Program-made: the position numbers and the translations under genes
DNA from: Dehalococcoidia bacterium
GTDB taxonomy: Bacteria > Chloroflexota > Dehalococcoidia > Lucifugimonadales > HRBIN23
Length of the DNA: 64,000 nucleotides
NCBI GenBank assembly: GCA_025060295.1
Contig: JANXCH010000006.1
Span: 5,257-69,256 of the forward strand
Direction of reading: 5' to 3'
The notes under the pieces: model-generated
What the model was told of the DNA's origin: nothing
Database searches by the model: none
The model's input: only the letters and a program-made list of their open reading frames with translations
Part shown: positions 35,867 through 46,990 of the stretch, piece by piece
Layout: each line of letters begins with the position of its first letter
How positions within the stretch are numbered: position 1 is the first letter of the stretch

Positions 35867-36618
35867 TTCAGCACCAGGAGGTTGAACAGGTCCGGTTGGT
35901 CAATATTGGAGCCGTGCCCTGCTTTGGGGATGAACGAAAGAAAAGACCCCTTGATATGCTGGGCCATATAGTAGGATGCGGCAATGAAAGGCTTATCGCG
36001 GGTGCCGCACAGGATAAGTGTGGGGGCGGTGATTTTGTCTAGGGGGAGCATGGGGATGTTGGCCATCACTCGGCGGGCTACGTGGGCCAGCCCGATGGGG
36101 TTCAGGCGACGCATCACCTCTGGGGGCGTGTAGTAGTCGTCCACAGCGTAGGGGCTGCGCATGAAAGCCTCCATCCCCCCCGTCTCCAATAGACGTGCGC
36201 GCTCCTCGCACTCCGTGTTCCAGTCCGCCAGGCGTTGGGGGTTGCGGAAGCCGGGGCCCGTGTCCATCAGAATAAGGCTTTTGACCATCTCCGGGCGGGC
36301 CAAAGCGAACTCCATAGAGATGACACCCCCCAGGGAGAGACCCCCCACCACCGCCTCCCGCACCCCCAAGTAACGCAGGAGTTGGTACAAATCCTCTACG
36401 GCAATGCTTCGGGAATAGAGGGAGGGGTCGCGGGGTGCCTCGGTTTGACCGTGTCCGCGCATGTCGTAGATAATGAAGCGGTATTTTTGGGAAAGGGCGG
36501 GCACCTGGGGCTTCCAGGAGACTGTGGTGCCTGCATATCCGTGGGTAAATACCACGGGATATCCGCTTCCGTGCTCCTCATAGTAGAGGCGGATACCGTT
36601 GATGCTGGCGAAGGGCAT
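35842..36618 (-). CDS. Alpha/beta hydrolase
   Basis: VVFTHGYAG, nucleophile elbow GLSLGG, 258 aa. Confidence 0.85.
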   Translation of the reverse strand: MPFASINGIRLYYEEHGSGYPVVFTHGYAGTTVSWKPQVPALSQKYRFIIYDMRGHGQTEAPRDPSLYSRSIAVEDLYQLLRYLGVREAVVGGLSLGGVISMEFALARPEMVKSLILMDTGPGFRNPQRLADWNTECEERARLLETGGMEAFMRSPYAVDDYYTPPEVMRRLNPIGLAHVARRVMANIPMLPLDKITAPTLILCGTRDKPFIAASYYMAQHIKGSFLSFIPKAGHGSNIDQPDLFNLLVLKWLEDLGL

Positions 36619-36694
36619 GCGTCCTCCTTAGCCCGCACGGGGGCGGGGTGCGCTATCATACTACTCTGTAAGCTGTCGCCCAGCAAGGAGGAGT

Positions 36695-37696
36695 ATGACC
36701 AGCCCGCGTTTTCGTGTGGTGCACTTGGGGCCGATGAACGATCGGCATGTGGTGGTGGAGAGGGAGGTGTTGAGTGCCATCGGAGCGGACTTGATCCCAG
36801 CGCCCCGTCCCCAAACCGAGGATGACATTTTGCGCCACGCTGGCGATGCCGACGCCATTATAGCTGTCACAGGGCCGTTCACCCGGCGGGTGTTGCACAA
36901 CCTCAAGCGATGCAAGGTGGTGGTGCGCACCGGTGTAGGGGTGGACACCATTGACATCCCCGCTGCCACCGAGGCGGGTATTGCCATTGTGAATGTGCCG
37001 GACCTGTGGACACGGGAGGTGGCCACCCACGCGTTGGCCATGCTTCTGGCCCTTGCACGCCGACTGAAGGCACTCGACCAGGCGGTGCGGGAGAACCGCT
37101 GGCGCTCGGTTCTGGAGCCTCCCGTGCCCCACTTCTACGGCCAGACGGTGGGCATCGTGGGGTTAGGGCGCATCGGCCGTGCCTTCGCCCGACGGGCCAG
37201 GGGCTTTGAGTTCCGCATCATCGCCTACGACCCCTATATCCCCCGCTCGGTCTTTGACGAGGAGGGGGTGGAGCCTGTCGCCTTCCCCGACCTTCTGCGC
37301 CAGTCGGATTTCGTCACTATCCACACCCCCTTGACGCCCGAGACGCGCCATATGTTCAACGCTTCCACTCTGCGCCTGATGAAACCCAACGCCATCCTGG
37401 TGAACACCGCTCGGGGCGCCGTCATAGATGAAAAGGCCCTCATCCGCGCTTTGCAAGAGAGGTGGATCGCCGGGGCGGCGTTGGATGTGTTGGAGCAAGA
37501 GCCTCCCGCCCCCGACAACCCTCTGCTCCAGATGGACAATGTGCTCCTCTCCCCCCATGCGGCCTATTACTCGGACAAGGCGGTGGAGGGCTTGCCCCGC
37601 CGTTGTGCCGAAGAGGTGGCGCGGGTGTTGCAGGGGCGGATGCCTCTGCACCTGGTCAACCCTGCTGTGGGCGAGCGGTTAGCCCTGCGCCCATAG
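36695..37696 (+). CDS. D-isomer-specific 2-hydroxyacid dehydrogenase family protein
   Basis: GIVGLGRIGRAFA NAD motif, NTARGAVID, SPHAAYY. Confidence 0.85.
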   Translation: MTSPRFRVVHLGPMNDRHVVVEREVLSAIGADLIPAPRPQTEDDILRHAGDADAIIAVTGPFTRRVLHNLKRCKVVVRTGVGVDTIDIPAATEAGIAIVNVPDLWTREVATHALAMLLALARRLKALDQAVRENRWRSVLEPPVPHFYGQTVGIVGLGRIGRAFARRARGFEFRIIAYDPYIPRSVFDEEGVEPVAFPDLLRQSDFVTIHTPLTPETRHMFNASTLRLMKPNAILVNTARGAVIDEKALIRALQERWIAGAALDVLEQEPPAPDNPLLQMDNVLLSPHAAYYSDKAVEGLPRRCAEEVARVLQGRMPLHLVNPAVGERLALRP

Positions 37697-37704
37697 GAGG
37701 GCCT

Positions 37705-38973
37705 GTGCCCCCCACGTTAGAGGACATTGTCCGCCGACGCATTCAAGAGAAAGGGCCTATCCCCTTCGCCGAGTTCATGGAGATGGCCTTGTATCATCCC
37801 GCGGGTGGGTATTACCGGCGGGGGAAGGGGCGCGGGGCGAGAGGGGATTATTTCACCAGCCCCCAGGCTCATCCCGCTTTTGGGGCCCTTTTGGCTGTGC
37901 AAGTGTACCAGGTGTGGGAAGTGCTGGGGAGGCCGTCGCCTTTTGTGGTGGCGGAGCAGGGAGCGGGGGATGGCCTTTTGGCCCTCGCCTTTATGGACTT
38001 CGCTGAGCGCCTGACTGCCTCTTTTGCCCAAGCCCTGCGGTATGTGGCCATAGATCTGGACACCCCTCCCAGTCCTGACTGGGCACGGCAGAGGGGAGGG
38101 CAGCGCCTACGCAGCGCCGCGTTGCCTCTGCGGGGCGTGGTGGGGTGTCTCATAGCCAATGAGATGGTCGACGCCTTCCCGGTGCATCGCTGGCGTGTGA
38201 AGGGCGGGTCGCTGGAAGAGGCGTATGTGGCGCTCCGGGGGGACGGTCTGGGTGAGATGTGGGGGCCTCCGTCCACCCCTGCTCTGGAGGCGTGGGTGCG
38301 GGCTTTGGGGATCCCTCTTGTGGAGGGAACGGAGGGGGAGGCGTGCGTGCGGTTGCCAGCCTGGACAAGGGATCTGGCAACTGCCCTGGGACAGGGCTTG
38401 GCTATCATCATAGACTATGGGGGTATGCCAGCGGAGCTTTACCGCACGGGGCGTGGGGGCACCGTGAGGGCCTTCCGCCAGCACATGGCCACGGGCGATC
38501 TGTATCGGCATGTGGGCCAGCAGGACATCACCGCCTCGGTGGACTTTGCGTCCCTGGTGCGCTGTGCGCGGGAGGCAGGCTTGGAGGTGATGGGGTGGGT
38601 GCGTCAGAGGGTGTTCCTACGCAACTTGGGGTGGGATGCCTTGCGGCGCGCTCTTGTGGCGTCCCGTTTGCCCCCAGCCGAAGCCGAAGCCAACCGCTTC
38701 GGTCTGCAAGCCCTGGTGCAGGAGGAGGGGCTTGGGGGGTATGGAGTGCTCCTGCTGGGAAAAGGGGTGCCTTCGTTCCCCGTGTGGGGGGTAGATGGTC
38801 TATCCCCGGACGGGGTAACCCTCGTGCAGGGGGCATTGGCGGGTGGCGTTCCTCTGCTCACCCCTGCCCATGCCCCCCTGCTGCAGGGGCGCTACCCCCA
38901 TCAGGCCGTTGGGGCGCAGGCGTTGGAGGTGTGGACACCGTCTTGCACCCGCCAGAGGGGCGCCGTATCATGA
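37705..38973 (+). CDS. MidA/DUF185-family SAM-dependent methyltransferase
   Basis: GTG 37705 behind AGGAGGG. IPFAEFMEMALYHP, DYFTSP, VAEQGAGDGLLA. The track start at 37462 overlaps the previous gene. Confidence 0.8.
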   Translation: MPPTLEDIVRRRIQEKGPIPFAEFMEMALYHPAGGYYRRGKGRGARGDYFTSPQAHPAFGALLAVQVYQVWEVLGRPSPFVVAEQGAGDGLLALAFMDFAERLTASFAQALRYVAIDLDTPPSPDWARQRGGQRLRSAALPLRGVVGCLIANEMVDAFPVHRWRVKGGSLEEAYVALRGDGLGEMWGPPSTPALEAWVRALGIPLVEGTEGEACVRLPAWTRDLATALGQGLAIIIDYGGMPAELYRTGRGGTVRAFRQHMATGDLYRHVGQQDITASVDFASLVRCAREAGLEVMGWVRQRVFLRNLGWDALRRALVASRLPPAEAEANRFGLQALVQEEGLGGYGVLLLGKGVPSFPVWGVDGLSPDGVTLVQGALAGGVPLLTPAHAPLLQGRYPHQAVGAQALEVWTPSCTRQRGAVS

Positions 38974-38998
38974 GCGTTGACGGTGAGGAGTGTGGGCC

Positions 38999-39544
38999 AT
39001 GCAGGAGATGGTGATAGACAGCATCCGGGTCAGCCTGATGAACTACCAGCGGGTGGTCATTCTCAAAGAGAAGGGGGCGGACCGTTACCTGCCCATCTGG
39101 ATTGGCCCTGCGGAGGCGGACTCCATCGCCATCAAGTTGCAGGATGTGCAGGTGCCCCGTCCCCTCACCCATGACCTTCTGCGCAACATTATTTACGCGC
39201 TCGGGGCGCGGGTGGCTTATATCGTGGTCAACGACCTGAAGGACGACACCTTCTACGCCAAAATCGTTTTGGAAGTGGATGGGAAGTCTTTGGACATCGA
39301 TGCCCGTCCCAGCGATGCCATCGCCATTGCAGTGCGGGTGAACGCCCCCATCTATGCCGAGGAGTCGGTGCTGGAGAAGGCCGGCATCCCTGGCACGAAG
39401 GAGGGAGAGGCCGAGGGTGAGGTGCGTTCCAAAGGGGAGAAAGTGGAGAAAGTGACCGAGGAGGAGATGCGCAAACTGGGTGCCTTCAAGGAGTTCATTG
39501 AGGGCTTGAACCTGGAGGACCTGGGCAAGGGGAAGACCTCTTGA
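38999..39544 (+). CDS. Bifunctional nuclease (DUF151/BFN) family protein
   Basis: YLPIWIGPAEADSI, RPLTHDLL, DARPSDAIA motifs. ATG 38999 lies 8 nt after GGTGAGGAG. Confidence 0.8.
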   Translation: MQEMVIDSIRVSLMNYQRVVILKEKGADRYLPIWIGPAEADSIAIKLQDVQVPRPLTHDLLRNIIYALGARVAYIVVNDLKDDTFYAKIVLEVDGKSLDIDARPSDAIAIAVRVNAPIYAEESVLEKAGIPGTKEGEAEGEVRSKGEKVEKVTEEEMRKLGAFKEFIEGLNLEDLGKGKTS

Positions 39545-39589
39545 CCCGAGGGGACACGGGCTCGACGAGTTCGGAGGGGGCGGGTGGTA

Positions 39590-39618
39590 TTGACCTGCCC
39601 CCTCCCTCTGTGATAAAC
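39590..39618 (+). promoter_or_regulatory. Candidate atp operon promoter TTGACC-17-ATAAAC (TG at the extended -10 position)
   Basis: Hexamer pattern 24 nt upstream of the atpZ-like start. The -35 lies in the loop of the hairpin 39573..39605. Confidence 0.35.
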
Positions 39619-39625
39619 TGCACAA
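39608..39625. promoter_or_regulatory. Rex-box-like inverted repeat CTGTGA-TAAACT-GCACAA
   Basis: 10 of 12 positions match the TTGTGA-N6-TCACAA Rex operator core as I remember it. Overlaps the putative -10. rex lies at the far end of the operon. Confidence 0.3.
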
Positions 39626-39641
39626 GCGTGGAGGAGGGGGT

Positions 39642-39860
39642 GTGGCCTGGTGGGTTCCTGCCCTGCGCGTTGCTGGGATAGGCTTCTATATAGCCCTTTC
39701 CATCGTGGGGGGAATCGGGGGGGGCTGGCTCCTAGATAAGTGGTTAGGGACAAAACCGTGGCTCACCTTGGGGGGAGTGGTGCTGGGGAGTGTGGTGGCC
39801 TTCTACGGGGTCTACCGGATGGTGGCACCCCTCCTCCGAAACGGTGCGCCCAAGAATTAG
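39642..39860 (+). CDS. AtpZ/AtpI-like small membrane protein of the F1Fo operon
   Basis: 72 aa, two TM helices (GFYIALSIVGGIGGGWLLD, LGGVVLGSVVAFYGVY). First gene of the atp operon. Confidence 0.65.
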   Translation: MAWWVPALRVAGIGFYIALSIVGGIGGGWLLDKWLGTKPWLTLGGVVLGSVVAFYGVYRMVAPLLRNGAPKN

Positions 39861-39875
39861 GGAGGACGACACTCC

Positions 39876-40787
39876 GTGGGTCGGGGCACACGCTGGCTGG
39901 TGCTAGCGGCCCTGGTGGTGGGGGCCCTGGGTCTGGGCGGTTTGCTGACCGGGGCCATCGGCTCCGCTTTCCTGGGGCGGGAGCCGTTGCTGCATCGTCC
40001 TCACGTGCACCTGGCGGCCGATATTTTGCCCTGGAGCATAGGCCCCTTCCCGCTACGGAACACCCTCCTCTCGGCGTGGTTGGCCACCCTGGTGATTGTG
40101 GTGCTGTTCGTTGGGGGGGCGCGCACGCTGAAGATGGTGCCTGGCCGGTGGCAGAACCTGATTGAGGTGTTCATTGAGAGCCTTTACCGCTTCATTGAGA
40201 GCGTCGTGGGCACTAAATACGCCCGCGCCTTCTTCCCCGTCATCGCCACTATATTCATCTTTGTGGCTTTCAACGCCTGGCTGGCCCTTCTGCCTATTTA
40301 TCCCTCCCTGGGCTTCAAAGAGAAGGTGGTCAAAGAGGGGCACGTTGAGACGGTATTCGTCCCCCTTCTGCGCAGTGCGGGGACGGATCTGAATATGCCC
40401 CTGGCCCTTGCGCTGGTATCCTTCGTTTTTGTGGAGTTTTGGGGCTTCCGCGCCCTGGGTTTGGCGTACTTGGGGAAGTTCATCCGATTGGGCAACCTCC
40501 TACGGGGCAAGATTTTTCAGGGATTTGTGGATCTTTTCGTAGGTGTCTTGGAGCTGGCTAGCGAGTTCATTCGCATTGTGAGTTTTACTTTCCGTTTGTT
40601 TGGGAACATGACCGCTGGGGAAATTCTCCTCCTCGTGTCGGCCTTTTTGGTGAGTTTTGTGTTCTCCGTGCCCTTCTACGGGCTGGAAATCCTGGTAGGC
40701 TTTGTGCAGGCGCTGATCTTTGCCGGCCTGACCACGGTATTCGTGGCCCTGGCGGTGGCCGAGCATGGCGAAGGGGAGCATCATTAG
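39876..40787 (+). CDS. atpB: F0F1 ATP synthase subunit a
   Basis: FRLFGNMTAGE with the essential Arg, multi-TM, 303 aa. Confidence 0.9.
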   Translation: MGRGTRWLVLAALVVGALGLGGLLTGAIGSAFLGREPLLHRPHVHLAADILPWSIGPFPLRNTLLSAWLATLVIVVLFVGGARTLKMVPGRWQNLIEVFIESLYRFIESVVGTKYARAFFPVIATIFIFVAFNAWLALLPIYPSLGFKEKVVKEGHVETVFVPLLRSAGTDLNMPLALALVSFVFVEFWGFRALGLAYLGKFIRLGNLLRGKIFQGFVDLFVGVLELASEFIRIVSFTFRLFGNMTAGEILLLVSAFLVSFVFSVPFYGLEILVGFVQALIFAGLTTVFVALAVAEHGEGEHH

Positions 40788-40796
40788 GAGGGATAT

Positions 40797-40892
40797 ATGA
40801 CGTTCGTTCTTTTCCTTACCTTCGGATTGGTGGTGTTGGCAGTGTTGGGGGCAATGCTGGCGGTAGTGTTCGCTTTGTACACTAAAGATTAG
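40797..40892 (+). CDS. Unannotated 31-aa single-TM small ORF between atpB and atpE
   Basis: Own translation: MTFVLFLTFGLVVLAVLGAMLAVVFALYTKD. AGGAGGG SD 5 nt upstream, overlapping the atpB stop. Too short for the ORF track. Confidence 0.4.
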   Translation: MTFVLFLTFGLVVLAVLGAMLAVVFALYTKD

Positions 40893-41180
<288 letters not shown>

Positions 41181-41225
41181 CAACCCGAGCGTTCGGTACA
41201 TTCCTGCCCACCAGGAAGGAGCGGT

Positions 41226-41726
41226 ATGGCCCAACTGGGGTTTGATATCCCCAGCCTCGTCGCATACCTGATTAACTTCTCCATCCTCCTGGCCATCCTG
41301 TACTTCTTTGTCTACAAGAGGGTGCTGGGGATGCTGGATGCCCGCTCCCAGCGTATTAAGGAGGCCATGGAGGAGGCGGAGCGGGTCAAAAAGGAATCGG
41401 CCCGCGCGCAGGAGGAGATGCAGAGGCAACTGGAGCAGGCCCGCCGGGAGAGTCAGGCTATCTTGGAGCAGGCCCGCCAGATGGCCGAGCGCTACCGGGA
41501 GGAGGAGCGTCAGCGCGCCCGCCAAGAGGTGGAGGCTACTTTGGAACGTGCCCGCCGTGAAATCCAGGCGGAACGGGATGCGGCCATTGAAGAGGTCCGC
41601 CGCCACTTCGCCGACCTTGCCGTCCGGGCGGCGGAGCGTGTCTTGGAGCGCAGTCTCGACCGGGAGGCGCACCGCCACCTGGTGGAGCGGGTGCTGGACG
41701 AGGCCGAAACCCTGCGGAGGACCTAG
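41226..41726 (+). CDS. atpF: F0F1 ATP synthase subunit b
   Basis: N-terminal TM helix followed by a long charged coiled coil. Confidence 0.9.
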   Translation: MAQLGFDIPSLVAYLINFSILLAILYFFVYKRVLGMLDARSQRIKEAMEEAERVKKESARAQEEMQRQLEQARRESQAILEQARQMAERYREEERQRARQEVEATLERARREIQAERDAAIEEVRRHFADLAVRAAERVLERSLDREAHRHLVERVLDEAETLRRT

Positions 41727-41729
41727 TCC

Positions 41730-42272
41730 GTGCCGGGACGCAGCCTTCCCTCCCCTAAACGGTATGCCCAAGCCGTCTGGGACATCGCCAGGGAGCAGGG
41801 CACGGTGGACACCTGGCGGAGGGATCTGCAGGCGATGGCCGAACTAGCCCGCCGCGAGGAGGTGGTGGCTTTTCTGGATAACCCCAGTATCCCCGTGGCG
41901 GAGCGAGTGGCTCTGGTGCGCCAGATGCTTCCCGACTTGGGGCCGTTGGCGTACAACCTGGGAGCACTCCTGGCGGAGCGGCAGGGCTTCCGCACTTTGC
42001 CCCTTCTTTTCCAGGAGTTTCAGCGCTTGGCCGACGAAGCGGAGGGTATCCTGCGGGTGGAGGTAACGGCAGGGGCACCCTTGACCGATAGCGACCAGCA
42101 AGACCTGGCCGAGCGCCTGGGGCGCACCCTGGGGAAACGGGTTGTCCTGTCGGTGCGCACTGACCCCTCCCTCCTGGGGGGTGTGGTGCTCCGCATCGGC
42201 GACCGGGTGCTGGACGGCAGTGTGCGGGGACGTCTCCAGGCCCTGCGCAAGACCCTGGTGGAGGTCGGGTAA
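41730..42272 (+). CDS. atpH: F0F1 ATP synthase subunit delta
   Basis: [13 protein letters not shown]...[24 protein letters not shown] pattern. Confidence 0.9.
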   Translation: MPGRSLPSPKRYAQAVWDIAREQGTVDTWRRDLQAMAELARREEVVAFLDNPSIPVAERVALVRQMLPDLGPLAYNLGALLAERQGFRTLPLLFQEFQRLADEAEGILRVEVTAGAPLTDSDQQDLAERLGRTLGKRVVLSVRTDPSLLGGVVLRIGDRVLDGSVRGRLQALRKTLVEVG

Positions 42273-42295
42273 CACTTCGGCTGTGGAGGAAGCCC

Positions 42296-43855
42296 ATGAC
42301 CATCCGTGGACAGGATATCGTCAGCGTTCTGCGCCGACAAATTGAGGGCTACGAGGCCCGAGTGAGTATGGTGGAGGTGGGGACGGTGGTGGAGGTGGGA
42401 GACGGCATCGCCCGGGTGCACGGCCTGGCGGGATGCCGCTACAGCGAACTGGTGGAGTTCCCCGGCGGGACCCTGGGGATCGCCCTCAACTTGGAAGAGG
42501 ATAGTGTGAGCGTCGTGCTCCTGGGGGGCGAGGCGGAGGTGAAAGAGGGAGACACCGCCCGCACCACCGGCCGCATCATTGAGGTGCCGGTGGGGGAGGC
42601 CCTCTTGGGGCGTGTGGTGGACGCCTTGGGCCGCCCCCTGGACGGCAAAGGCCCTATCAAGACCTCCCGCTTCCGCCCCGTGGAACGAGTCGCCCCCGAT
42701 GTTACCAAGCGCAAGAGCGTGGACACCCCCGTCCAGACGGGCATCAAGGCCATTGACGCCATGATCCCCATCGGGCGCGGCCAGCGGGAGCTCATTATCG
42801 GCGACCGTTCCACAGGAAAGACTGCCCTGTGTCTGGACACCATCATCAACCAGAAGGGACAGGACCTCTACTGCATCTATGTGGCCATCGGTCAGAAGGC
42901 GGCTAAGGTAGCCCAGGTGGTGGGCATCCTAGAGCAGTATGGAGCCTTGGAGCATACCATCGTGGTGGTGGCCAGCGCCGCGGACTCCGCCGCCCTCCAA
43001 TACCTGGCACCCTACGCCGGGTGCGCCATGGGCGAGGAGTTCATGGAGCAGGGCAAGGACGCCCTGGTGATCTACGACGATCTGACCAAGCACGCCTGGG
43101 CCTACCGCCAGTTGTCCCTGCTCCTGCGCCGGCCGGCGGGACGGGAGGCCTACCCAGGGGATGTGTTCTACCTGCACAGCCGCCTTTTGGAGCGCGCCGC
43201 CAAACTCCACCCCGACTATGTGCGGGAACTGGCCGCCCAGCAGGGAATCCATTTGCCCCCAGACCACAACCGAGGCTCCTTGACGGCCCTGCCCATTATT
43301 GAGACCCAGGCAGGGGACATCTCCGCTTACATCCCCACAAATGTCATCTCCATTACCGACGGGCAGATCTATCTGGAGACCGACCTGTTCAATGCGGGCA
43401 TTCGCCCCGCCATCAACGTGGGGTTGTCGGTGTCCCGCGTGGGGGGGGCTGCCCAGACCCGCGCCATGAAGCGCGTCGCAGGACGCCTGCGCCTGGACCT
43501 GGCCCAGTACCGGGAGTTGGCCACCTTCGCCCAGTTCGGCACCGCCGACTTGGACCCCACCACCCGCCGCCAACTGGAGCGGGGCCAGCGCATCACCGAG
43601 GTGCTCAAACAGCCCCAGTTCCAGCCCGTCCCCTTGGAGCACGAGGTGATGGTGATTTACGCCGTAGTGAACGGCTACCTGGACGATGTGCCCATCCCCC
43701 AGGTGCAGCGGTGGGAGGCCGAGTTCCGCCGCTTCATGGACACCGCCCACCCCGAGGTGGGGCGCGCCATCCGAGAGAGTAAAGACCTGACCAAAGAGAC
43801 CGAGGAGGCCCTCAAGAAGGCCATCACCGAGTTTAAGCAGGGCTTCAAGGCATAG
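42296..43855 (+). CDS. atpA: F0F1 ATP synthase subunit alpha
   Basis: GDRSTGKT Walker A, 519 aa. Confidence 0.97.
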   Translation: MTIRGQDIVSVLRRQIEGYEARVSMVEVGTVVEVGDGIARVHGLAGCRYSELVEFPGGTLGIALNLEEDSVSVVLLGGEAEVKEGDTARTTGRIIEVPVGEALLGRVVDALGRPLDGKGPIKTSRFRPVERVAPDVTKRKSVDTPVQTGIKAIDAMIPIGRGQRELIIGDRSTGKTALCLDTIINQKGQDLYCIYVAIGQKAAKVAQVVGILEQYGALEHTIVVVASAADSAALQYLAPYAGCAMGEEFMEQGKDALVIYDDLTKHAWAYRQLSLLLRRPAGREAYPGDVFYLHSRLLERAAKLHPDYVRELAAQQGIHLPPDHNRGSLTALPIIETQAGDISAYIPTNVISITDGQIYLETDLFNAGIRPAINVGLSVSRVGGAAQTRAMKRVAGRLRLDLAQYRELATFAQFGTADLDPTTRRQLERGQRITEVLKQPQFQPVPLEHEVMVIYAVVNGYLDDVPIPQVQRWEAEFRRFMDTAHPEVGRAIRESKDLTKETEEALKKAITEFKQGFKA

Positions 43856-43862
43856 GGGGCGG

Positions 43863-44027
43863 TATGGGGACACCGTTGGTGGTCCAATTGGTGGTAGTGT
43901 TGGCAATTATCGGGGCGGTGGCCCTTTTTGCAGCCGGCGTGGTGATGGGGAATACGGCCTTGGCCGCGGGGTCATTTGTTGGGGGGCGCTCCTGGCGGCT
44001 TTTTTCGTGTTCGCCCTCCGACGCTAA
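43863..44027 (+). CDS. Unannotated 54-aa two-TM small ORF between atpA and atpG
   Basis: Own translation: MGTPLVVQLVVVLAIIGAVGPFCSRRGDGEYGLGRGVICWGALLAAFFVFALRR. GGGGGCGG SD-like motif. ATG lies 7 nt after the atpA stop. Confidence 0.35.
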   Translation, partial: YGDTVGGPIGGSVGNYRGGGPFCSRRGDGEYGLGRGVICWGALLAAFFVFALRR

Positions 44028-44040
44028 CACGTGAACCCCA

Positions 44041-44217
44041 ATGGAGCAGAAGATAACTTGGACGATGTTGATTGTCATGACCCTCGCCCTTTTAGGGTGC
44101 AGTCTCTTTATCTTGCTCTCCAAGACTTTTACGGCTGATAGAGAGAAGTGGGCCACTGGTGTGATCGGGGGCCTCATGGGCTTCTGGTTCAACGAGGCTC
44201 CCAGGGTGAAGAGGTAG
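44041..44217 (+). CDS. Unannotated 58-aa membrane small ORF immediately upstream of atpG
   Basis: Own translation: MEQKITWTMLIVMTLALLGCSLFILLSKTFTADREKWATGVIGGLMGFWFNEAPRVKR. The stop TAG is 1 nt before the atpG ATG. No clear SD, but it starts 13 nt after the previous sORF stop. Confidence 0.4.
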   Translation: MEQKITWTMLIVMTLALLGCSLFILLSKTFTADREKWATGVIGGLMGFWFNEAPRVKR

Positions 44218-44218
44218 C

Positions 44219-45082
44219 ATGCCTACCCTACGGCAAATCCGCCGGCGCATCCGCAGTGTCCAGAACACGGCCAAGGTAACAAAGGCCATGGAGATGGTGG
44301 CCGCCGCCAAGATGCGGCGCGCTCAACAGGCCACCCTGGCTGGCCGCCCCTATGCCCAACGCATTTTGGAACTTCTGGGGCACCTGGCAGCCCAGCCAAT
44401 GGAGGAGGAGAACATCCCTCCCCTCCTCCAGCGGCGGCCTGTGCAAAGGGTGGAACTGGTGCACATCACCCCCGACCGGGGTTTGTGTGGTGCGCTCCCC
44501 AGCAACCTCAACCGCACCGCGCTACGCTTTATGCTGGATCAGCAGGTGCCGGTGAGCGTCATCGCTGTGGGACGCAAGGGGCGGGACTTCATGGCCCGCT
44601 ACGGGCGCGACCTGCGCGCCGTGTTCACCAACTTGGGCGACCGCCCTACCATCGCTGACCTGCGCCCCCTCCTACGCCTAGTGATAGATGACTTCACTTC
44701 CGGCTACGCCGATGCCGTTTACCTGGTGTATGCCCAGTTCGTGAATACCGTCGTGCAAAGGCCCGTGGTGCAACAACTGCTCCCCGTGGTGCCGGCCCGT
44801 CTGCCCCCCGGCACGACCGTGGGCTACATCTACGAGCCGCGCAGTCTAGAAGTGCTGGAGGCCCTCCTGCCCCGCTATGTGGAGATGGAGGTCTACCACG
44901 CCGTTCTGGAGAGTTTGGCCAGTGAGCATTCGGCCCGTATGGTGGCTATGCGCAACGCCACCGATAACGCCAAATCCCTGGTGCGGGAACTGACACTCCT
45001 GGCCAACAAGGTGCGCCAAGAGACCATCACCAAAGAGTTGCTGGACATTATCGGCGGCACGTTGGGGTTGAGGACCCGCTAA
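44219..45082 (+). CDS. atpG: F0F1 ATP synthase subunit gamma
   Basis: MPTLRQIRRRIRSVQNTAKVTKAMEMVAAAKMRRAQ. Confidence 0.95.
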   Translation: MPTLRQIRRRIRSVQNTAKVTKAMEMVAAAKMRRAQQATLAGRPYAQRILELLGHLAAQPMEEENIPPLLQRRPVQRVELVHITPDRGLCGALPSNLNRTALRFMLDQQVPVSVIAVGRKGRDFMARYGRDLRAVFTNLGDRPTIADLRPLLRLVIDDFTSGYADAVYLVYAQFVNTVVQRPVVQQLLPVVPARLPPGTTVGYIYEPRSLEVLEALLPRYVEMEVYHAVLESLASEHSARMVAMRNATDNAKSLVRELTLLANKVRQETITKELLDIIGGTLGLRTR

Positions 45083-46525
<1,443 letters not shown>

Positions 46526-46537
46526 GGGGGGTGGTCT

Positions 46538-46990
46538 ATGCCCAAGATGCGTTTGGAGATTGTTACGGCCGAACGGGTGGTGTTTAGCGACGATGTGGAC
46601 CTGGTGGTGGCCCCCGGGGTGGAGGGGGAACTTGGCATCCTCCCCCATCACGCTCCTCTGTTGACCATTCTCCAGCCCGGAGAAATTCGGGTGGTCAAGG
46701 AGGGTAAGGAGCAGTTTATGGCGGTGAGCGGGGGGTTTCTGGAGGTGCTGGGGAATAAGGTTACTATCCTGGCCGACGCCTGCGAATACGCCGAGGAGAT
46801 TGACTTAGAGAGGGCTCGGCAGGCCATGGAGCGGGCCCAAAAGGCCCTGGCCACCCGTCAGGCTGATGTGGACCTGGCCCAGGCGCTGGCTGCCTTGCGC
46901 CGAGCCCAGGTGCGGATGGCTGTGGCGCGTCGGCGGCGTGCCGCTGGCGGACCACCCCCCGGTGCACCCCTGCCTGGGGCGGGCCCTTAG
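46538..46990 (+). CDS. atpC: F0F1 ATP synthase subunit epsilon
   Basis: LEIVTAERVVFSDDVDLVVAPGVEGELGILPHHAPL. Confidence 0.9.
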   Translation: MPKMRLEIVTAERVVFSDDVDLVVAPGVEGELGILPHHAPLLTILQPGEIRVVKEGKEQFMAVSGGFLEVLGNKVTILADACEYAEEIDLERARQAMERAQKALATRQADVDLAQALAALRRAQVRMAVARRRRAAGGPPPGAPLPGAGP

